Assembly (NCBI GenBank): GCA_034520965.1
Contig: JAXHMY010000008.1
Coordinates: 160,001-224,000, forward strand
Source: Spirochaetia bacterium
GTDB taxonomy: Bacteria; Spirochaetota; Spirochaetia; DSM-16054; Sediminispirochaetaceae
Direction: 5' to 3'
DNA length: 64,000 nt
Shown here: one piece after another, positions 1-9,413 of the stretch
Layout: every line of letters begins with the position of its first letter
Numbering within the stretch: the first letter of the stretch is position 1
Translations under genes and position numbers: made by a program
Notes under the pieces: generated by a model
What the model was told of the DNA's origin: nothing
Seen by the model: only the letters and a program-made list of their open reading frames with translations
The model's database searches: none

Positions 1-198
1 GTTATTTATAATATCTTCAATTCTGCCGTCGAAGCGTAGTACCCGGGATGCCGCGTTGGCAGCATAACATTCACGGGTAATCCTGTGGTTCCAGTCGTGA
101 AACGGAGCTGCTGAAGGCTGCATAGCGACGATACCTGTCCAGGGGTCCTCCCTTGGGGGTTGATAAAAATGGCCATGGAATACTAAATAGTTTTTCAT
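1..198 (-). CDS. GH57-family / DUF3536 glycoside hydrolase, N-terminal part (runs off the window)
   Basis: Not in the ORF track. Manual translation from the ATG at 198 gives MKNYLVFHGHFYQPPREDPWTGIVAMQPSAAPFHDWNHRITRECYAANAASRVL..., with the HGHFYQPPRE-PW and HDWN-RI--ECY signatures of DUF3536/GH57 proteins. Confidence 0.85.
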   Translation of the reverse strand, partial: MKNYLVFHGHFYQPPREDPWTGIVAMQPSAAPFHDWNHRITRECYAANAASRVLRFDGRIEDIINN

Positions 199-291
199 AC
201 CATAATTCTAACTAATCACTAAAGATTGTAAAGCTCATTAGGCATTAGAGTTAAGAAAAATCTTACAGATAACGGAATGTTCAGCGCAGGG

Positions 292-321
292 TTGACATAA
301 CCGTGAATAATTTCCTAGTAT
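292..321 (+). promoter_or_regulatory. sigma70-like promoter for the DUF4912-GH57 operon
   Basis: TTGACA (292-297), 18-nt spacer, TAGTAT (316-321); GGAGG RBS before ATG 347. Confidence 0.55.
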
Positions 322-346
322 AACGTACCTCATATATGGAGGCCAT

Positions 347-1099
347 ATGACAAGAGAGAAGCTACAGTCTCTTTCCGAAGAGCAGTTACAATGTATTGCA
401 AAACGTGAGGGAATCTTCAAGCATAATGATGCCCATCGGGAAAAGTTGGTTGATCTTATTCTTGAAGCCCTGGAAGAAGATCGTGATGAGCGTGAGTTTA
501 GCAATAACTCGGCTATGCGATTGGAGCATAAAAAATACGATATTCTTCGGGATGAAGAAATTGATGTGCTCACCCAGGATGAATTTCCGCTTCCGAGTTC
601 CTATTCAGACACTCGAATTGTGCTTCTATTGCGCGACCCCCTTTGGGTATACGTATACTGGGATATTAACAAGGCGCAATTAGATGCTTTGAAGGAAGAA
701 CCTTTTTTTGAAGGCTTATTTCTGCGGGTGTATGAGTTTAATGGAGATATTCCGGAGAAAAGCAATATTATTAACTTTTTTGATATTCCAATTGAAGAGA
801 CGGACTGCAGTTGGTACGTCAACCTCAACCGCAACGGAAATGATTATTTTGTTGACCTGCGCTGTAGGGTGATGCACAAAGAGCGTCTGATGGCATCGTC
901 AAATGCAGTTCACAGTCCTCGAGGCTATTTTGCCCGAAATCAGAAGGAATTTTACGACGATCCCAGCGCAATGATGCTGATGCTTTCGGGGTTGTGGAAC
1001 TATGAGGAGGGGGCTGTTGAAACCCAGGAAATCCCCCAGAGAATTATCTCAATCTTAGATACCCACAATATTGAACTTGAAACGTCTTACGAGAAGTAA
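347..1099 (+). CDS. DUF4912 domain protein with a Rho-N-like N-terminal helix bundle
   Basis: LP-SY-DTRIVLLLRDPLWVYVYWDI motif and SNAVHSPR; this family typically lies next to GH57 branching-enzyme genes. Confidence 0.8.
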   Translation: MTREKLQSLSEEQLQCIAKREGIFKHNDAHREKLVDLILEALEEDRDEREFSNNSAMRLEHKKYDILRDEEIDVLTQDEFPLPSSYSDTRIVLLLRDPLWVYVYWDINKAQLDALKEEPFFEGLFLRVYEFNGDIPEKSNIINFFDIPIEETDCSWYVNLNRNGNDYFVDLRCRVMHKERLMASSNAVHSPRGYFARNQKEFYDDPSAMMLMLSGLWNYEEGAVETQEIPQRIISILDTHNIELETSYEK

Positions 1100-1149
1100 C
1101 AACTTCCAAGAAGTATCGTCTTCAAACAAGTAAATTAGAAGGATTTTTG

Positions 1150-2742
1150 ATGAATGCTTATTTAGGTTTTGTTCTCCATGCTCACTTGCCCTTTGTCCGG
1201 CACCCGGAATATGATAAGTTTTTAGAAGAAAACTGGTTGTACGAGGCGATTTCAGAAACATACTTGCCCTTTCTGCGGATGTGCAATCGTCTTAAGCGGG
1301 AAAAGGTTCCCTTCCATCTAACCGTGTCAATCAGTCCCACTTTGTCTGCTATGCTGTCAGATGAATTACTGCAGGCGCGTTACATCGGGCATCTCAAAAG
1401 GCTGATCGAGCTTGGAGAGAAAGAACTGACCCGAACTCAAAATGACCCGGAGTTTCATCCCCTCGCCAAAATGTACAAGCAGCTATTTGAGCAAAATCTG
1501 CAAGATTTCGAAGAACTGTATCATAAGAACATATTATGGGGTTTTAAGAACCTGGAAAAAGAGGGGTATCTGGAAATAATTACAACTGCAGCTACCCACG
1601 CTTTTCTTCCGCTTTATCAACCCTATCCCGAGGCACTTGAGGCTCAGGTGCAGACTGCAGTTCTTGATCATAGTCGTAAATTTGGTAAAAAACCCCAGGG
1701 CTTTTGGCTGCCGGAATTTGGGTATTATCCTGGAATAGAAGAGGTCCTCCGAAAAAACAATATTGAGTATTTCTTTACCGCCGCTCACGGCATCCTTTTT
1801 GCCAGTCAAAGAACTCCCTATGGTGTGTATGCCCCACTGACGTTGCCAAACGGAGTGCATGCCTTCGGTCGCGACTATCCTTCCTCAGATGCGGTATGGT
1901 CCTCCGACAGGGGCTATCCGAGTGATGAGGATTATCGTGAGTTCTATCGAGATGTTGGCTATGATGAGCCGCTTGAGTATGTTCGTCCCTATATTCACGA
2001 ACCTGATGTGCGGGTGTGTACCGGTTATAAGTATTTCGCCGTTACCGGTTCGACGGACCAGAAGCGACCGTACGACCCTGATAAGGCGGATGCCAAAGTG
2101 AAAGAGCATGCCGAGAATTTTGTATATAACCGTACACGACAGTTAAAGAAGTTTGAGGGGCTTATAGACCGACCACCCTTTATAATTGCTCCTTTTGATG
2201 CGGAGTTATTCGGCCACTGGTGGTTTGAGGGGAATCAGTGGCTTGAGCAGGTAATTCGACAGGTGGCGGATTGTGATAATCTCAGTTTACTAACCCCTGC
2301 TAAGTATTTAAAACAGCACAAAGCCTGTCAGCGCGGCCGCCCTTCCTTTTCCAGTTGGGGGAATGAGGGCTATGCCGATGTGTGGCTGGACGGAAAGAAC
2401 GACTGGATTTATCGCCACATACACAAAGCTATCGAGCGGATGTCGGAGCTGGTAAGCCGCTACCCCGAGGTGAACGGCTTAAAACATCGTACCCTTAACC
2501 AGGCTGCCCGTGAGGTAATGCTTGCAATGGCCTCGGATTGGCCTTTCATTATGAAAACCGGAACTACCGTGCCCTACGCAGAGCGGCGGGTGAAAGAGCA
2601 TCTGTATAATTTTAATTATATTTACGACCGTCTCTGTCGCAATACGGTGGATACGGAGTGGCTCACTTCAATCGAGAAAAAGAATAATTTATTTCCGGAT
2701 ATCGACTACAAGATATTTTCTAAAAATAAGACGCAAGCCTAA
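1150..2742 (+). CDS. GH57 glycoside hydrolase, 1,4-alpha-glucan branching enzyme type (DUF1957 C-terminus)
   Basis: LHAHLPFVRHPE, ETYLP, GFWLPE (nucleophile Glu), PFDAELFGHWWFEG (acid/base Asp) and ASDWPF motifs. Confidence 0.9.
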   Translation: MNAYLGFVLHAHLPFVRHPEYDKFLEENWLYEAISETYLPFLRMCNRLKREKVPFHLTVSISPTLSAMLSDELLQARYIGHLKRLIELGEKELTRTQNDPEFHPLAKMYKQLFEQNLQDFEELYHKNILWGFKNLEKEGYLEIITTAATHAFLPLYQPYPEALEAQVQTAVLDHSRKFGKKPQGFWLPEFGYYPGIEEVLRKNNIEYFFTAAHGILFASQRTPYGVYAPLTLPNGVHAFGRDYPSSDAVWSSDRGYPSDEDYREFYRDVGYDEPLEYVRPYIHEPDVRVCTGYKYFAVTGSTDQKRPYDPDKADAKVKEHAENFVYNRTRQLKKFEGLIDRPPFIIAPFDAELFGHWWFEGNQWLEQVIRQVADCDNLSLLTPAKYLKQHKACQRGRPSFSSWGNEGYADVWLDGKNDWIYRHIHKAIERMSELVSRYPEVNGLKHRTLNQAAREVMLAMASDWPFIMKTGTTVPYAERRVKEHLYNFNYIYDRLCRNTVDTEWLTSIEKKNNLFPDIDYKIFSKNKTQA

Positions 2743-2760
2743 GCTCCTGCTGTTGTGCGC

Positions 2761-3006
2761 TTAACGGGCAGCAAGTGAAAATAATTCATCTCCCCTGACA
2801 AGTTCTAAGTGATAATAATGGGCGGTTTCTCCTTTCATCTCTTTGTTCTGAATTTTTACGACCTTATATACTATCATTTTATGGCTGGCCAGGGGCAGTG
2901 AGACCGGCCGGCCGTTTATATCTACAATTTGGTTAAACTGTAGCCTGAATTCTATTTCTTGGGTTTCTCCTTCCGGGTATACAAGAAAATAGCTCTCCAT
3001 GAACAT
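2761..3006 (-). CDS. small hypothetical protein (81 aa)
   Basis: Non-overlapping ORF with a strong GGAGG RBS just upstream on the - strand; natural globular composition. Confidence 0.7.
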   Translation of the reverse strand: MFMESYFLVYPEGETQEIEFRLQFNQIVDINGRPVSLPLASHKMIVYKVVKIQNKEMKGETAHYYHLELVRGDELFSLAAR

Positions 3007-3089
3007 CCATTACCTCCAAAGCACTTAACGCATGTAAAGTATATAGTATCGGCATCTTCTACTTTTCACTTTAATATAAAAAATCTCAG

Positions 3090-3117
3090 TTGACATCATT
3101 TTCTAATGCGATAGTAT
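3090..3117 (+). promoter_or_regulatory. sigma70-like promoter of the dcw operon (Pmra)
   Basis: TTGACA (3090-3095), 16-nt spacer, TAGTAT (3112-3117), directly upstream of the MraZ boxes. Confidence 0.7.
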
Positions 3118-3128
3118 GTAGTGTAAAG

Positions 3129-3163
3129 GTGGGTAAAAGTGGGAAAATATAGGAGAAAGTGGT
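3129..3163 (+). promoter_or_regulatory. MraZ operator (10-bp periodic GTGGG direct repeats)
   Basis: GTGGG at 3129 and 3139, degenerate ATAGG at 3149, GTGGT at 3159; exact 10-nt period upstream of mraZ. Confidence 0.85.
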
Positions 3164-3169
3164 AAAAAT

Positions 3170-3619
3170 ATGTTGATGGGTGAATACCACAACTCTATAG
3201 ATGATAAAAGCAGACTCTTATTACCTTCACGCTTGCGGACTGAAGTTGCCGGTTCGACACTGATTCTGACTCGTGGGGTAGATAAGTGTTTGTGGCTTTT
3301 TCCTCCAGAGGAATGGCGTAGAATTTCCGACAGCATCATGGGTTCATCATCAATGTTTAAGTCCAAAACACGCCTGCTGCAGCGGCGCATAATTGCACCG
3401 GCGCAGGAGTGCGAAATAGATAAAAGCGGTAGAATTTCGATTCCCCCCACCTTGCGTGAATCCGCCGAGATGAAGCTGAAGGGCGAGGCCGTCATACTTG
3501 GAATCGACAGCTATATGGAGCTCTGGGATATTGATGCGTATGCTGATTATCTGCAGGAGAGCGAAACTGATTTCATGGAAGCCGCCGAAGAATTGGGAGA
3601 GCTGCTGTCCCTACAGTAA
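3170..3619 (+). CDS. mraZ: division/cell wall cluster transcriptional repressor MraZ
   Basis: GEYHNSIDDKSRL and EIDKSGRISIP duplicated AbrB-like motifs; first gene of the dcw cluster. Confidence 0.97.
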   Translation: MLMGEYHNSIDDKSRLLLPSRLRTEVAGSTLILTRGVDKCLWLFPPEEWRRISDSIMGSSSMFKSKTRLLQRRIIAPAQECEIDKSGRISIPPTLRESAEMKLKGEAVILGIDSYMELWDIDAYADYLQESETDFMEAAEELGELLSLQ

Positions 3620-3675
3620 GTAGAGACAGGCTGGATATAGAAAGCAGATTGAAAAGGAGACACATCGGGTTGCTC

Positions 3676-4623
3676 ATGGATACCGTGCATTATTCCGTAC
3701 TTCAACAGGAAGTATTACAGTACCTATTACCGCCCCAGGGCGAAGGCCTGTTCATAGACTGTACCCTCGGCGAGGGGGGCCACTCAGAGCTGGTACTGCA
3801 AGAAAACCCCGGCATCAAACTAGTGGGTCTTGATGCCGATGCACACATCTTGGAAATTGCACGTCAGCGGCTAGAACCGTTTAAGGAACGGGTAAGGTTG
3901 TACAATACATGGTTCAACACCTTCTTCCGCGAGTATCCACTGGGAGGTGAGCGGCCTGATGCAATCCTTTTCGATCTCGGCATCTCAATATTTCATTACG
4001 AGCGGGCCGGCCGTGGTTTTTCCTTTCAAAAAGAAGAGCCCCTGGATATGCGTCTGGATACCACACTAGAAATTTCTGCTTATGATATTATCAATACGTA
4101 TCCGGAGAAGGAATTGGCAAGAATCTTTTTTGAATATGGTGAAGAACGCTATTCACGTATGATTGCTGCTGCTATTGTGCGTGAAAGAGCGAAAAGCAGC
4201 ATCGAAACCAGTGCCGAACTGGCTCAGCTCATTAAATCTTCGGTACCGGCCAAATACCGTTATGGACGAATTCATCCGGCCACCCGTTCCTTTCAAGCTC
4301 TGAGGATTATGGTGAATGGTGAATTAGCTCGACTTGAATCGGTTTTAGAGGATGCCTTAAGTGTGATAAAGGTCGGTGGGCGGATAGGAGTAATATCATT
4401 TCATTCCTTGGAAGACAGAATCGTAAAACAGTTTCTACAAAAGAAAAGTCAAACCTGCACTTGTCCGCCGGAATGGCCGATATGTAAATGTGGGGGGCAG
4501 GCAGTTGTAAAACTGATTCAAAAGAAGCCTATTCAACCGTCGGATGATGAGGTCGATCAAAATGCTCCTTCACGGAGCGCCAAATTGAGGGTTGCTGAAA
4601 AACTGATGGATGAGGAGCGCTGA
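3676..4623 (+). CDS. rsmH: 16S rRNA m4C1402 methyltransferase RsmH
   Basis: DCTLGEGGHS, FDLGIS, PLDMR, HPATRSFQALRI, ISFHSLEDRIVK, RSAKLR; start moved to ATG 3676. Confidence 0.97.
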   Translation: MDTVHYSVLQQEVLQYLLPPQGEGLFIDCTLGEGGHSELVLQENPGIKLVGLDADAHILEIARQRLEPFKERVRLYNTWFNTFFREYPLGGERPDAILFDLGISIFHYERAGRGFSFQKEEPLDMRLDTTLEISAYDIINTYPEKELARIFFEYGEERYSRMIAAAIVRERAKSSIETSAELAQLIKSSVPAKYRYGRIHPATRSFQALRIMVNGELARLESVLEDALSVIKVGGRIGVISFHSLEDRIVKQFLQKKSQTCTCPPEWPICKCGGQAVVKLIQKKPIQPSDDEVDQNAPSRSAKLRVAEKLMDEER

Positions 4624-4624
4624 G

Positions 4625-4915
4625 ATGAAGAAACTGGTATTAATAGTTATGGCTGTAAGTGTCCCGATGATGTTCTTTCTGTCGGTACACCAGGTATATC
4701 GTTATCAACAGCTTGAAAGAGAAATAACCCAGCTGCAGGCTAAGCAGACGGAACAATTTGAAAGCAATAAGCGAAAAATTGCGAATATTGCAATTCTAAG
4801 TTCACCAAAAAGAATAGCCGAGCTTGCCCAGACTAGTCTGGACCTTACACAGCAGCAGCCGGACTCAAAAGTATTGAGAATTGTCCTGGGAACGAAGGAG
4901 AAGCCGGATGGATAG
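4625..4915 (+). CDS. ftsL: cell division protein FtsL-like
   Basis: N-terminal TM helix, coiled coil and LSSPKRIAELA motif; position right after rsmH. Confidence 0.75.
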   Translation: MKKLVLIVMAVSVPMMFFLSVHQVYRYQQLEREITQLQAKQTEQFESNKRKIANIAILSSPKRIAELAQTSLDLTQQQPDSKVLRIVLGTKEKPDG

Positions 4916-6320
4916 GCTTTTTTCTGTACGGGAGGCGGCTGCAATGGCCCAGTGCACACTGGTCTATGAAGGCAGTAAAATCCACGACGCCTGTATTTCA
5001 GGTGTTGCCACCGACTCACGAAAAGTGGGGCGGGACTTTTTATTTGTGGCTCTTAAGGGCGAACGAACTGATGGACATCGGTTTATAAGACAGGCAGTGG
5101 AAAATGGCGCCTCAGCGCTGCTGCTTTCTCAAGGTTTTACCAACTCCGAGGAGTATGCCCGAGAGCTTCAAGACGTACAGGTGCCGATTTTAGCACATGA
5201 AAATCCACTGCGAGCTATGCAGCTCTTGGCTTCGGAGTATCTGAAGGGATTCCCGCAGCTTATGAAAATAGGGGTAACCGGCAGCAATGGAAAAACAACC
5301 ACCAAGGAGTTATTAGCCTCGATTCTTAGTGAGCTAGTTTCGACGGTAAAAAACGAAGGCAACCTTAACTCGGATATTGGGCTGCCTTTATCTGTGTTTC
5401 AGGTGCGGGAACGGCACCATTTTGCGGTGTTTGAAATGGGAATTAACCGCGTGGGTGAAATGCAGACAATGGTGGATGTGCTGCAGCCTCAGTATGCAGT
5501 GATAACCAATATAGGGACTGCCCATATCGGCCTTTTGGCCAGCCAGGAAGGAATTTCAAGGGAGAAGGGAAGTCTGTTTGCAGCATTGCCGGCCGATGGA
5601 ATTGGTTTTTATCCTGAGACCTTTGAGTGGAAAAGCTATTTTACTCGGATATGTCGGGCACCTTTAGTGCCGTTTGGAGTGGAAACTACTGTAGGCGTGT
5701 ATAAAAGCGTAAGTCGAGGGTTGAAGGGCTGGATAATCACTTATGAAAACATACCGATTGAGTTGAGGCTGCCGGGAATACACAACTTAAATAATGCCCT
5801 GGCAGCTATTCAGGTTGCTCGTACACTCGGTGCGCACCCAGCACAGGTAAAGGCTGGGTTAGAAAAATATCAAACCCTGGAAGGGCGCAGTCAGATAATT
5901 GAAGGGGCTGCTACCATCGTTCAGGATTCCTACAACGCGAATGCAGAATCGGTAAACGCTATCCTCAGCACTCTGCAGGATGGAGTATCCGGGAGGCTGA
6001 TTGTTGTATTGGGGGCAATGAAGGAACTGGGCGCGAAAGCCGAGTCTTCACATCGAAAGGTGGGAAGTGCTATTGCCGGTATTGATGCGGAGGCGGTGTT
6101 TCTGTTTGGTGAAGAAATGCGCTTTGCGTTTCAGGAGGCTCAGCAGCAGGGTTTTCATAATAGGTTAGAGTTTACAACCGACTACAATGAGTTAGCCCAG
6201 TGGGTGTCCGATTTTGTGCAGCCGGGGGATACCGTGTTGTTAAAGGGTTCCCGTTCTATGGAGCTTGAAAGACTGGTGCCCCATATAGAAAAAAAATTTA
6301 AAACCCAGGAAAATCTTTAG
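4908..6320 (+). CDS. murF: UDP-N-acetylmuramoyl-tripeptide--D-Ala-D-Ala ligase
   Basis: TDSRKV, GERTDGH, GVTGSNGKTTTKE, FEMG, DSYNAN, LLKGSRSMELE. Confidence 0.95.
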   Translation: MDRLFSVREAAAMAQCTLVYEGSKIHDACISGVATDSRKVGRDFLFVALKGERTDGHRFIRQAVENGASALLLSQGFTNSEEYARELQDVQVPILAHENPLRAMQLLASEYLKGFPQLMKIGVTGSNGKTTTKELLASILSELVSTVKNEGNLNSDIGLPLSVFQVRERHHFAVFEMGINRVGEMQTMVDVLQPQYAVITNIGTAHIGLLASQEGISREKGSLFAALPADGIGFYPETFEWKSYFTRICRAPLVPFGVETTVGVYKSVSRGLKGWIITYENIPIELRLPGIHNLNNALAAIQVARTLGAHPAQVKAGLEKYQTLEGRSQIIEGAATIVQDSYNANAESVNAILSTLQDGVSGRLIVVLGAMKELGAKAESSHRKVGSAIAGIDAEAVFLFGEEMRFAFQEAQQQGFHNRLEFTTDYNELAQWVSDFVQPGDTVLLKGSRSMELERLVPHIEKKFKTQENL

Positions 6321-6328
6321 GAGGGCGT

Positions 6329-7408
6329 GTGTTTCCGGAACTTTTTTTACCGTTGGTAAAATATTTTAGTGGCTTTAACATCTTTCAGTACATCACCTTC
6401 CGCTCAGCATATGCTGCAATGACGGCACTGTTGGTCTCGTTTGTGTTCGGGCGCCCGCTTATACGCAAACTGCAGCGCCTAAAAGCCGGGCAAGAGGTGC
6501 GGGAAGACGGTCCGGAGACCCATCTTGTAAAGTCGGGGACTCCGACTATGGGTGGTCTGCTTATTCTGATCTCGGTTACGATAGCAACCCTCCTATGGCA
6601 AGATCTCAACAATCCCTATACTTGGCTGCTTCTGTTTTCAATGATTGCTTTTGGCGGTATTGGCTTTGTTGATGACTATTTGAAGATTTTCCGCAAGAGT
6701 TCCGACGGCATGCATGCCAGGGTTAAGTTTATTGGTCAAACTTTGGTGGCACTGATAATTGTGGTGCTGCTGTATGTTTATGGAAACGAGCATACTACCT
6801 TGCTGTATATTCCCTTTTTCAAGCATGCGGTCCTTGATATGTCATATTTTTACATTCCCTTTGGAGTTGTATTGCTGGTGGGTACTTCCAATGCGGTAAA
6901 CCTTACTGATGGACTGGATGGTCTTGCGATTGGATTGGTAATTTTAGTAGGGATCACCTTTGCAATACTCACCTACATTACGGGGCGCATGGATTATTCT
7001 GAATATCTGCAGATTCCCTATCTGGTCGGTACAGGAGAACTGACGATTTTAACATTAGCCTTGGTGGGTGCGAGTATCGGCTTTTTGTGGTTTAACTCTC
7101 ATCCGGCTGAGGTTTTTATGGGCGATACCGGCAGTCTGGCTATCGGAGGAGTAATTGGGGTATTGGCTCTCGTGTTGAAAAAGGAGATCCTGTTGATTGT
7201 GATTGGTGGAGTTTTTGTGTTAGAAGCTCTATCGGTAATAATTCAGGTAGTCTCATATAAGTTGCGCAAGAAGCGGGTCTTTAAAATGGCTCCGCTGCAT
7301 CACCATTTTGAATTGAAAGGGTGGGCGGAAAGCAAAGTGGTAATCAGGTTTTGGATATTAGGCACCCTGTTTACCATTTTGAGTCTTTCAACCCTGAAGA
7401 TACAATGA
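6329..7408 (+). CDS. mraY: phospho-N-acetylmuramoyl-pentapeptide transferase
   Basis: KSGTPTMGG, DDYLK, NAVNLTDGLDGL, FMGDTGS, MAPLHHHFE. Confidence 0.97.
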   Translation: MFPELFLPLVKYFSGFNIFQYITFRSAYAAMTALLVSFVFGRPLIRKLQRLKAGQEVREDGPETHLVKSGTPTMGGLLILISVTIATLLWQDLNNPYTWLLLFSMIAFGGIGFVDDYLKIFRKSSDGMHARVKFIGQTLVALIIVVLLYVYGNEHTTLLYIPFFKHAVLDMSYFYIPFGVVLLVGTSNAVNLTDGLDGLAIGLVILVGITFAILTYITGRMDYSEYLQIPYLVGTGELTILTLALVGASIGFLWFNSHPAEVFMGDTGSLAIGGVIGVLALVLKKEILLIVIGGVFVLEALSVIIQVVSYKLRKKRVFKMAPLHHHFELKGWAESKVVIRFWILGTLFTILSLSTLKIQ

Positions 7409-8553
7409 TGAATGATAGATTTTATGCTGAAAGAGTAAAAGAAGAGCGCCACGACACGACTCTGTTTATCCTGTTCATACTTATTGTAGGAATAGGCCTG
7501 GGGACGCTCTTCTCCGCCTCGTACTATTACGGGGGTAAGCGCTTCGACGACCCGTTTTACTTCTTTTATCGGCAAATCGCCTTTGTCGGAGTGGGGGCTG
7601 TTCTGGCTTTTATCTCCTCAAGGATTCCCCTGCAGGCATTGGTTCGCAAAACACCCTTGCTGTTGGTACTTACTCTTGCCTTGTTGGTCGCTACCTTCAT
7701 ACCGGGGCTGAAACACAGCATTATGGGGGCTAATCGCTGGCTTAGTATTGGGGGGTATACCTTTCAACCTTCGGAATTAGCAAAGCTTACTCTGGTAATA
7801 TACCTAAGTGCTATTCTTTCAAAGAAGGGTGAACGACTCGATGATGTGGTTAATTCAATTATTCCCCCTCTTCTAGTGGTTTTTTTGTTTACAACGTTAA
7901 TTTACCTGCAGAATGATTTTTCAACAGCCTTGTTTGTTATCCTTGTTTCCCTGCTGTTGTTTTTTGTGGCCGGCATAAAGTTTCGCTATTTTTTGTTTTT
8001 GTTTTCATTGGTGTTGCCCCTGGCCTCTATGCTGGTGCTTACGAAGGAGTACCGGGTACGGCGGGTGATTGCGTTTCTGGATCCGAACAGCGATCCCATA
8101 GGCACTGGATATCAGGTAATAGCCGCCCGGCATGCACTGGCATCCGGTGACTTCTGGGGACGAGGTTTTGGTATGGGAACTGAGAAGTTCGGAGGGCTTC
8201 CGGAAGCCCATTCCGACTTTATTTTCGCCGTGTTTGCCGAGGAAATGGGCTTTGTTGGAGTTGTATTTGCGGTGGTTCTGTTTTTGGCCCTGGCCGTGCG
8301 CGGTTATTCTTTAGCGCTTCAGTATGAGTCAAGTGATCGCTTTAGTTTTATGCTCACCATCGGTCTTACGAGCTGTTTAGTGTTTCAGGCCTTGGCTAAT
8401 ATGGCAGTAGTGGTCGGAATGGTACCGGCTACAGGCCTTCCGCTGCCCTTTTTCTCGCATGGAGGGTCGTCGATGGTGATAAGTTTGATAATGGGTGGCT
8501 TATTGCTTAACTTGTCTCGGAATGCTCCCGTATCCGCAAGGGGGGAGTTATGA
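7405..8553 (+). CDS. ftsW: peptidoglycan glycosyltransferase FtsW (SEDS family)
   Basis: GANRWL, FQPSELAK, GYQ, LPEAHSDFIF, TGLPLPFFSHGGSS; ATG overlaps the mraY stop. Confidence 0.95.
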   Translation: MMNDRFYAERVKEERHDTTLFILFILIVGIGLGTLFSASYYYGGKRFDDPFYFFYRQIAFVGVGAVLAFISSRIPLQALVRKTPLLLVLTLALLVATFIPGLKHSIMGANRWLSIGGYTFQPSELAKLTLVIYLSAILSKKGERLDDVVNSIIPPLLVVFLFTTLIYLQNDFSTALFVILVSLLLFFVAGIKFRYFLFLFSLVLPLASMLVLTKEYRVRRVIAFLDPNSDPIGTGYQVIAARHALASGDFWGRGFGMGTEKFGGLPEAHSDFIFAVFAEEMGFVGVVFAVVLFLALAVRGYSLALQYESSDRFSFMLTIGLTSCLVFQALANMAVVVGMVPATGLPLPFFSHGGSSMVISLIMGGLLLNLSRNAPVSARGEL

Positions 8554-9413
8554 GCAGCATTGCATTATTTAAGAACTTTGATAGAAAATACCAGCCCCAG
8601 CACAGCACCATCCAGGACCAACGTGTTCAGCGGCGGGTCGAGCGGGACCAGCGAGATTTACGGCGCCTGTTTACCTTTATTATTGGAGTACTAGCTTTTC
8701 TGCTGGCGGCTGAGATCGTATATCATGTACTGATAGCTCCATATTTAGTGGTAAATAAAATCAGTATCCAAGCTGCCGGTGATTTTCCCTATACAAATGA
8801 GGAGCTGCTTTCTATCGCAGCGGTTGAAGGGAGTACTTATTTCTTCGATGTGAAACCGGAGTTAATCTCAGCGCGATTAGAACGCGTTCCGTTAGTAAAG
8901 AGTGCTGAAGTCAGCAAGAGGTTTCCCCACAGTTTGAATATAGCCATAACCGAACGCGAGCCCTTAGCGGCTCTTACCATTTTGGATGCCGAAGGAATGG
9001 TACCTACTTATGTTGATTCTTCTGGTATAATATTCCGATCCAGGGGAGTTGAATTTTTAGATTTACCGATCATTTCGGGGATAGACGTTCCTGTATATAA
9101 GGATGGAATGCAATTGCCGCAGGTACTCACAAGTTTCCTGGAGGATTTGAACCGTTTGCAGGTAGAGAATCCAGCCCTCTATCGGTTGATTTCCGAAGTG
9201 AAATTCGTTAAAAAGAACGCAACCGATTACGAAGTAGTGCTATTTCCATCACAATACCAGGTAAGAGTTCGGATCGGTCCTGTTCTTACCGAAGAATTGA
9301 TGAAATATATTGTATTGGTATTGGATGTGGTAGCTGAGAAAGGTATGGAAACAACCATTGAGGAGATCGATTTTAGAACGGATGAGGTTGTATACCGTGT
9401 GGGGGAGGAATAG
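8550..9413 (+). CDS. ftsQ: cell division protein FtsQ/DivIB
   Basis: TM helix then a POTRA-like segment (PLVKSAEVSKRFPHSLNIAITEREP), C-terminal IDFR; between ftsW and ftsA. Confidence 0.9.
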   Translation: MSSIALFKNFDRKYQPQHSTIQDQRVQRRVERDQRDLRRLFTFIIGVLAFLLAAEIVYHVLIAPYLVVNKISIQAAGDFPYTNEELLSIAAVEGSTYFFDVKPELISARLERVPLVKSAEVSKRFPHSLNIAITEREPLAALTILDAEGMVPTYVDSSGIIFRSRGVEFLDLPIISGIDVPVYKDGMQLPQVLTSFLEDLNRLQVENPALYRLISEVKFVKKNATDYEVVLFPSQYQVRVRIGPVLTEELMKYIVLVLDVVAEKGMETTIEEIDFRTDEVVYRVGEE

